In this document: positions 61,361 to 64,000 of the stretch, in pieces
How the letters are laid out: each line of letters starts with the position of its first letter
How positions within the stretch are numbered: the first letter of the stretch is position 1
Translations under genes and position numbers: made by a program
The notes under the pieces: generated by a model
What the model saw: only the letters and a program-made list of their open reading frames with translations
What the model was told of the DNA's origin: nothing
Database searches by the model: none
Origin: an uncultured Gaiellaceae bacterium
Lineage (GTDB): Bacteria; Actinomycetota; Thermoleophilia; Gaiellales; Gaiellaceae
Length of the DNA: 64,000 bases
Direction of reading: 5' to 3'
Assembly: GCA_963697925.1 (NCBI GenBank)
Contig: OY969104.1
Location: 945,633-1,009,632 of the forward strand

Positions 61361-63640
61361 GTGAGCGAGCAGGCCACGACACCCTTGCCTGCACGGCCCA
61401 CGATCGCGGACATCCTGCTCTCGCACGGGTTCGTCGACGAGGGAAAGCTGGCCGCCGCGCTCGAGGTCTCCGACCGCACGGGACAACCGATCGGGCAGGT
61501 GCTCGTGGAGGCGGGGGCGATCACGCGGCTCGAGCTCGCGAGCGCGCTGGCCGAGCAGTGGTCCGACCCGGAAGCGTCGATCACGCTCTTGCCGCGGCCG
61601 GCGCCGCAGCCCTCGATCACCCGCAGCCCGGCGCCCGGGGCGGGCGGACGCCTGCCGGTCGGCAGCGATGCCGTCTACCTGGGCCAGCTGCACGATGCCG
61701 TCGCCGATCTCGCCCGGCGCGTGGGAGACACGGAGCCGCTGCTCGCCGAGATCGAGCGCAGGGCGGCGACGTCGCTCGGCCCCGAGAGCCTGGAGGAGCT
61801 CGAGACGCGCATCTCGGCGCTCGCGGAGGAGGTCGCGGCGGCGCTCGGGCGGATGAGCGACGTCGAGCGCGTGATCGGCGCCACCTCGGATCAGGTCGAA
61901 GGGGTGACGGAGGGGGTCGAGCAGGCGTTCGCCGAGCTGCAGGCCGGCGCGGGCGAGCTGGCCGAGCGGCTGGCCGTGATCGCCGCCGTCGTCGAGACCG
62001 CGCCGACGAGCAGCGATCTCGCGGAGCTGCGCGAAGCCGTCGCCGAGCTGGCCGACCGTCCCCGCTTCGACCCTGCGCTCGATGGCCGGCTGGAGTCGCT
62101 GCAGGCTCTGGTGTCCGAGCTTGCCGGCCGGCCCGCAGTCCCCCCGGAGCTCGAGCAGAGTCTGCAGGACCTGGCCGAGCGGCCGGTCGCCGACCCCGGC
62201 CTCGCCGCCCGGCTCGACGAGCTCTCCGACCGCGTCGACTCGCAGGCGGCGCTTCACGACGCCGGCCTGGCGGGCCTGCGGGCCGCAATCGACGAGTCCG
62301 CCGCACTGCCGCGCGTCGAAGACGACCTGGACTCCCGCCTGTCCGACCTCGCGAGCCGGGTGGCGGGCCTCGCCGGGCAGGTCGAGAGCATCGCGGCCCT
62401 CTCTGCCTCCGGCGACGACGGCGTGGCCATAGAGGAGCTCCGCGGGGCGCTGGAGGAGCTCGGCCGGCGCCGGGCCGGCGACGAGGAGACCGCAGTGCGC
62501 GTCGAGGCCCTCGCAGCGGCGGTCGAAGACCTGGCAGCACGCCCGACGGAGGGCCCGGAGCTCTCGCTGCGCCTGGACGAGCTCTCGGCGGCGGTCGCCG
62601 CGCTTGGCGGGGGCCAGGCGCTCGCAGAGCTGGCCGAACGGGTGGAGATCCTCGCCGCCGACTCCGACGAGGGAGATCTCGCCCTCGCCGAGGTCGGCAG
62701 CCGCCTCGAGGAGCTGGCCACGAGGCCGGCTGTCGACCCCGGGCTGGAGGAACGCCTAGCGGAGCTCGGCGGCGCCGTCGCCGCGCTGCAGGCCGACGAC
62801 ACGGCTGCACGCCTGCACGGCGAGGTGGCGACGATCCGGGCCAGGCTCGAGAGCGGCGACGACTCGCTGTCCGAGCTTCGGGCGGCTACCGACGAGCTCG
62901 CAGCCCGTCCCGCCGGCGACCCGGAGCTGGCAGCCGGGCTCACCGCCCTGAGCGAGCGCATCGAGGAGGTGGCCTCCGGGAGTGCCGCAGCGCCCGAGAG
63001 CGAGCAGCTCGGCGCCGCGGTGACCTCGCTCCAGGCCGAGCTCGCCGGCGCCGTGACCGATATCTCGGGGCGGCTGCAGGCTCTCGAGAGCGCCCCGGCT
63101 CCCGCTCCGCCCGAGACCGGCTGGGCCGAGGCGGCAGCAGCGCTCACGGCGCGGCTGGACTCGCTCGGCGCGCGCGTGGACGCGGGCGCCACCGGAGCGG
63201 CCGCCGGCACGGGGGCCGGAGACGACCGACCGCACGGTCAGCCTGCCGCGCCCGAGCCGGGCGGCGAGACCGAGCAGGAGCTCGAGCGCCTGCGCATGGC
63301 AATCGAGCGGATGAGCCTGCATCTCGGCGAACAGGAGCGTGCCATCGCAGAGGTGATCCGCTCCCGCGGGGTCACGCAGCGTCTCGAGGAGCTCGAGGCG
63401 CGGATCGAGGATGTGGCAGCGGGCGCCGGAGGCGCGGCCGCGGGCGCTGCCGCCGCGGACGGCTCCGCGTCCCCGGCGACCGGCAATGTCGAGGTGCGAG
63501 CCCTCGTGCGCAGGCTCGACAGCGCCGAGGCAGCGCTCGAGGCGGAGAGAGACAAGCTGCTGACGAAGCTCGAGCGCATCGCCTCCTCGCTCGACTGGCG
63601 CATGCGGCGCCTCGAGGCGGGCGACGACCCCGCCGCCTGA
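61361..63640 (+). CDS. GspE-N/MshEN-like N-terminal domain fused to a long repetitive Ala/Glu/Leu-rich coiled-coil protein
   Basis: Residues about 13-66 form two 24-aa L-x-x-G-hydrophobic motifs, TIADILLSHGFVDEGKLAAALEVS and [24 protein letters not shown], separated by the 5-aa spacer DRTGQ. After that come at least 6 copies of L-A-x-R-P-x-x-(D/G)-P-x-L-x-x-x-L-x-x-L spaced through about 650 aa. Confidence 0.7.
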   Translation: MSEQATTPLPARPTIADILLSHGFVDEGKLAAALEVSDRTGQPIGQVLVEAGAITRLELASALAEQWSDPEASITLLPRPAPQPSITRSPAPGAGGRLPVGSDAVYLGQLHDAVADLARRVGDTEPLLAEIERRAATSLGPESLEELETRISALAEEVAAALGRMSDVERVIGATSDQVEGVTEGVEQAFAELQAGAGELAERLAVIAAVVETAPTSSDLAELREAVAELADRPRFDPALDGRLESLQALVSELAGRPAVPPELEQSLQDLAERPVADPGLAARLDELSDRVDSQAALHDAGLAGLRAAIDESAALPRVEDDLDSRLSDLASRVAGLAGQVESIAALSASGDDGVAIEELRGALEELGRRRAGDEETAVRVEALAAAVEDLAARPTEGPELSLRLDELSAAVAALGGGQALAELAERVEILAADSDEGDLALAEVGSRLEELATRPAVDPGLEERLAELGGAVAALQADDTAARLHGEVATIRARLESGDDSLSELRAATDELAARPAGDPELAAGLTALSERIEEVASGSAAAPESEQLGAAVTSLQAELAGAVTDISGRLQALESAPAPAPPETGWAEAAAALTARLDSLGARVDAGATGAAAGTGAGDDRPHGQPAAPEPGGETEQELERLRMAIERMSLHLGEQERAIAEVIRSRGVTQRLEELEARIEDVAAGAGGAAAGAAAADGSASPATGNVEVRALVRRLDSAEAALEAERDKLLTKLERIASSLDWRMRRLEAGDDPAA

Positions 63641-63661
63641 CGGTAGACTCCGCACCCTCGA

Positions 63662-63734
63662 GCGCCCGTAGCTCAGGGGATAGAGCGCGCGCCTCCGGAG
63701 CGCGAGGTCGAAGGTTCGAATCCTTCCGGGCGCA
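63662..63734 (+). tRNA. tRNA-Arg (anticodon CCG), no encoded CCA
   Basis: GCGCCCGTAGCTCAGGGGATAGAGCGCGCGCCTCCGGAGCGCGAGGTCGAAGGTTCGAATCCTTCCGGGCGCA folds as a cloverleaf. The anticodon loop is CUCCGGA and the T-loop is TTCGAAT. Confidence 0.93.
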
Positions 63735-63735
63735 T

Positions 63736-64000
63736 GTGGGACTGCTCCTGTACGACAACCCGGTGTCGTCGAACGCGCTCAAGGCGCGCTTGATGCTCGC
63801 CGAGCTCGGGCTCGAGCACGAGCGCCGCACCGTCCCCTTCGACCTGCCGCGGCCCGACTGGTACCTGGCCGCGAATCCCGTCGGTGGGATCCCGGCGCTC
63901 GACGACGACGGCTTCGTCGTGTCCGAGTCGAACACGATCCTGCGCTACCTCGCCCTACGCTCGGGCCGCGACGACCTCTACCCGCTCGACGCCAGGGCGC
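63736..64000 (+). CDS. glutathione S-transferase, N-terminal thioredoxin-like domain (3' end outside window)
   Basis: A GTG 2 nt after the tRNA discriminator opens VGLLLYDNPVSSNALKARLMLAELGLEHERRTVPF....P.W.LA.NP.G.IPAL.DDGFVVSESNTILRYL. The frame is open to the window end. Confidence 0.7.
   Translation, partial: MGLLLYDNPVSSNALKARLMLAELGLEHERRTVPFDLPRPDWYLAANPVGGIPALDDDGFVVSESNTILRYLALRSGRDDLYPLDARA

Noticed and set aside
61700-63300. Periodic nucleotide repeats, considered as a possible CRISPR array or non-coding VNTR. The same was considered for 22560-22870.
   Set aside because: The repeats are imperfect, have no unique spacers of constant length, and are in frame within long ORFs (the coiled-coil protein and the rpsB tail). 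They are coding repeats.

Overview
A 64-kb, very high-GC (about 70%) window that looks like an Actinomycetota chromosome. Supporting markers are mIHF, SepF, DivIVA, a PyrR leader, and CGAAC-N4-GTTCG LexA boxes. Most of it is conserved housekeeping backbone on the minus strand, packed into long operons whose genes are joined by 1-4 nt start/stop overlaps (ATGA, GTGA, TGATG). The backbone clusters are: (1) proS, ispG, rseP, dxr, cdsA, uppS, frr, pyrH, tsf, rpsB; (2) a distal cell-division cluster: rluD, lspA, dksA-like, DUF167, divIVA, yggT, sepF, yggS, then cca, ridA, an IGPD-like gene and murA; (3) a MoxR/DUF58/transglutaminase triad, coaBC, rpoZ, gmk, mihF; (4) a complete pyrimidine operon, pyrR-pyrB-pyrC-carA-carB-pyrK-pyrD. 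The window also holds two tRNA genes, Pro-GGG and Arg-CCG, neither with an encoded CCA. The clearest accessory region is an 8.3-kb island (3.7-12.0 kb). It is bracketed by a perfect 38-bp direct repeat of the tRNA-Pro 3' half and has no recognisable integrase. Other points worth follow-up are listed here. (a) A small TM+LysM gene sits behind two perfect LexA boxes and looks like a YneA/ChiZ-type SOS division inhibitor. (b) A 759-aa protein fuses a GspE-N/MshEN-like head to about 650 aa of repetitive coiled coil. (c) A truncated IGPD (HisB) paralog that has lost metal ligands is start/stop-overlapped with murA. (d) MurA carries Asp in place of the catalytic Cys. (e) A class-V aminotransferase is frameshifted. 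(f) rpsB has an 18-nt tandem repeat in its tail. (g) There is a 325-nt structured ORF-free spacer. I did not find a CRISPR array, a transposase or a recognisable defence system. All calls come from reading the translations and sequence by eye, with no database searches. Many long ORFs in the six-frame track are high-GC shadow ORFs or stop-free 5' extensions. I placed start codons using homologous N-termini, Shine-Dalgarno (SD) sequences and stop/start overlaps.
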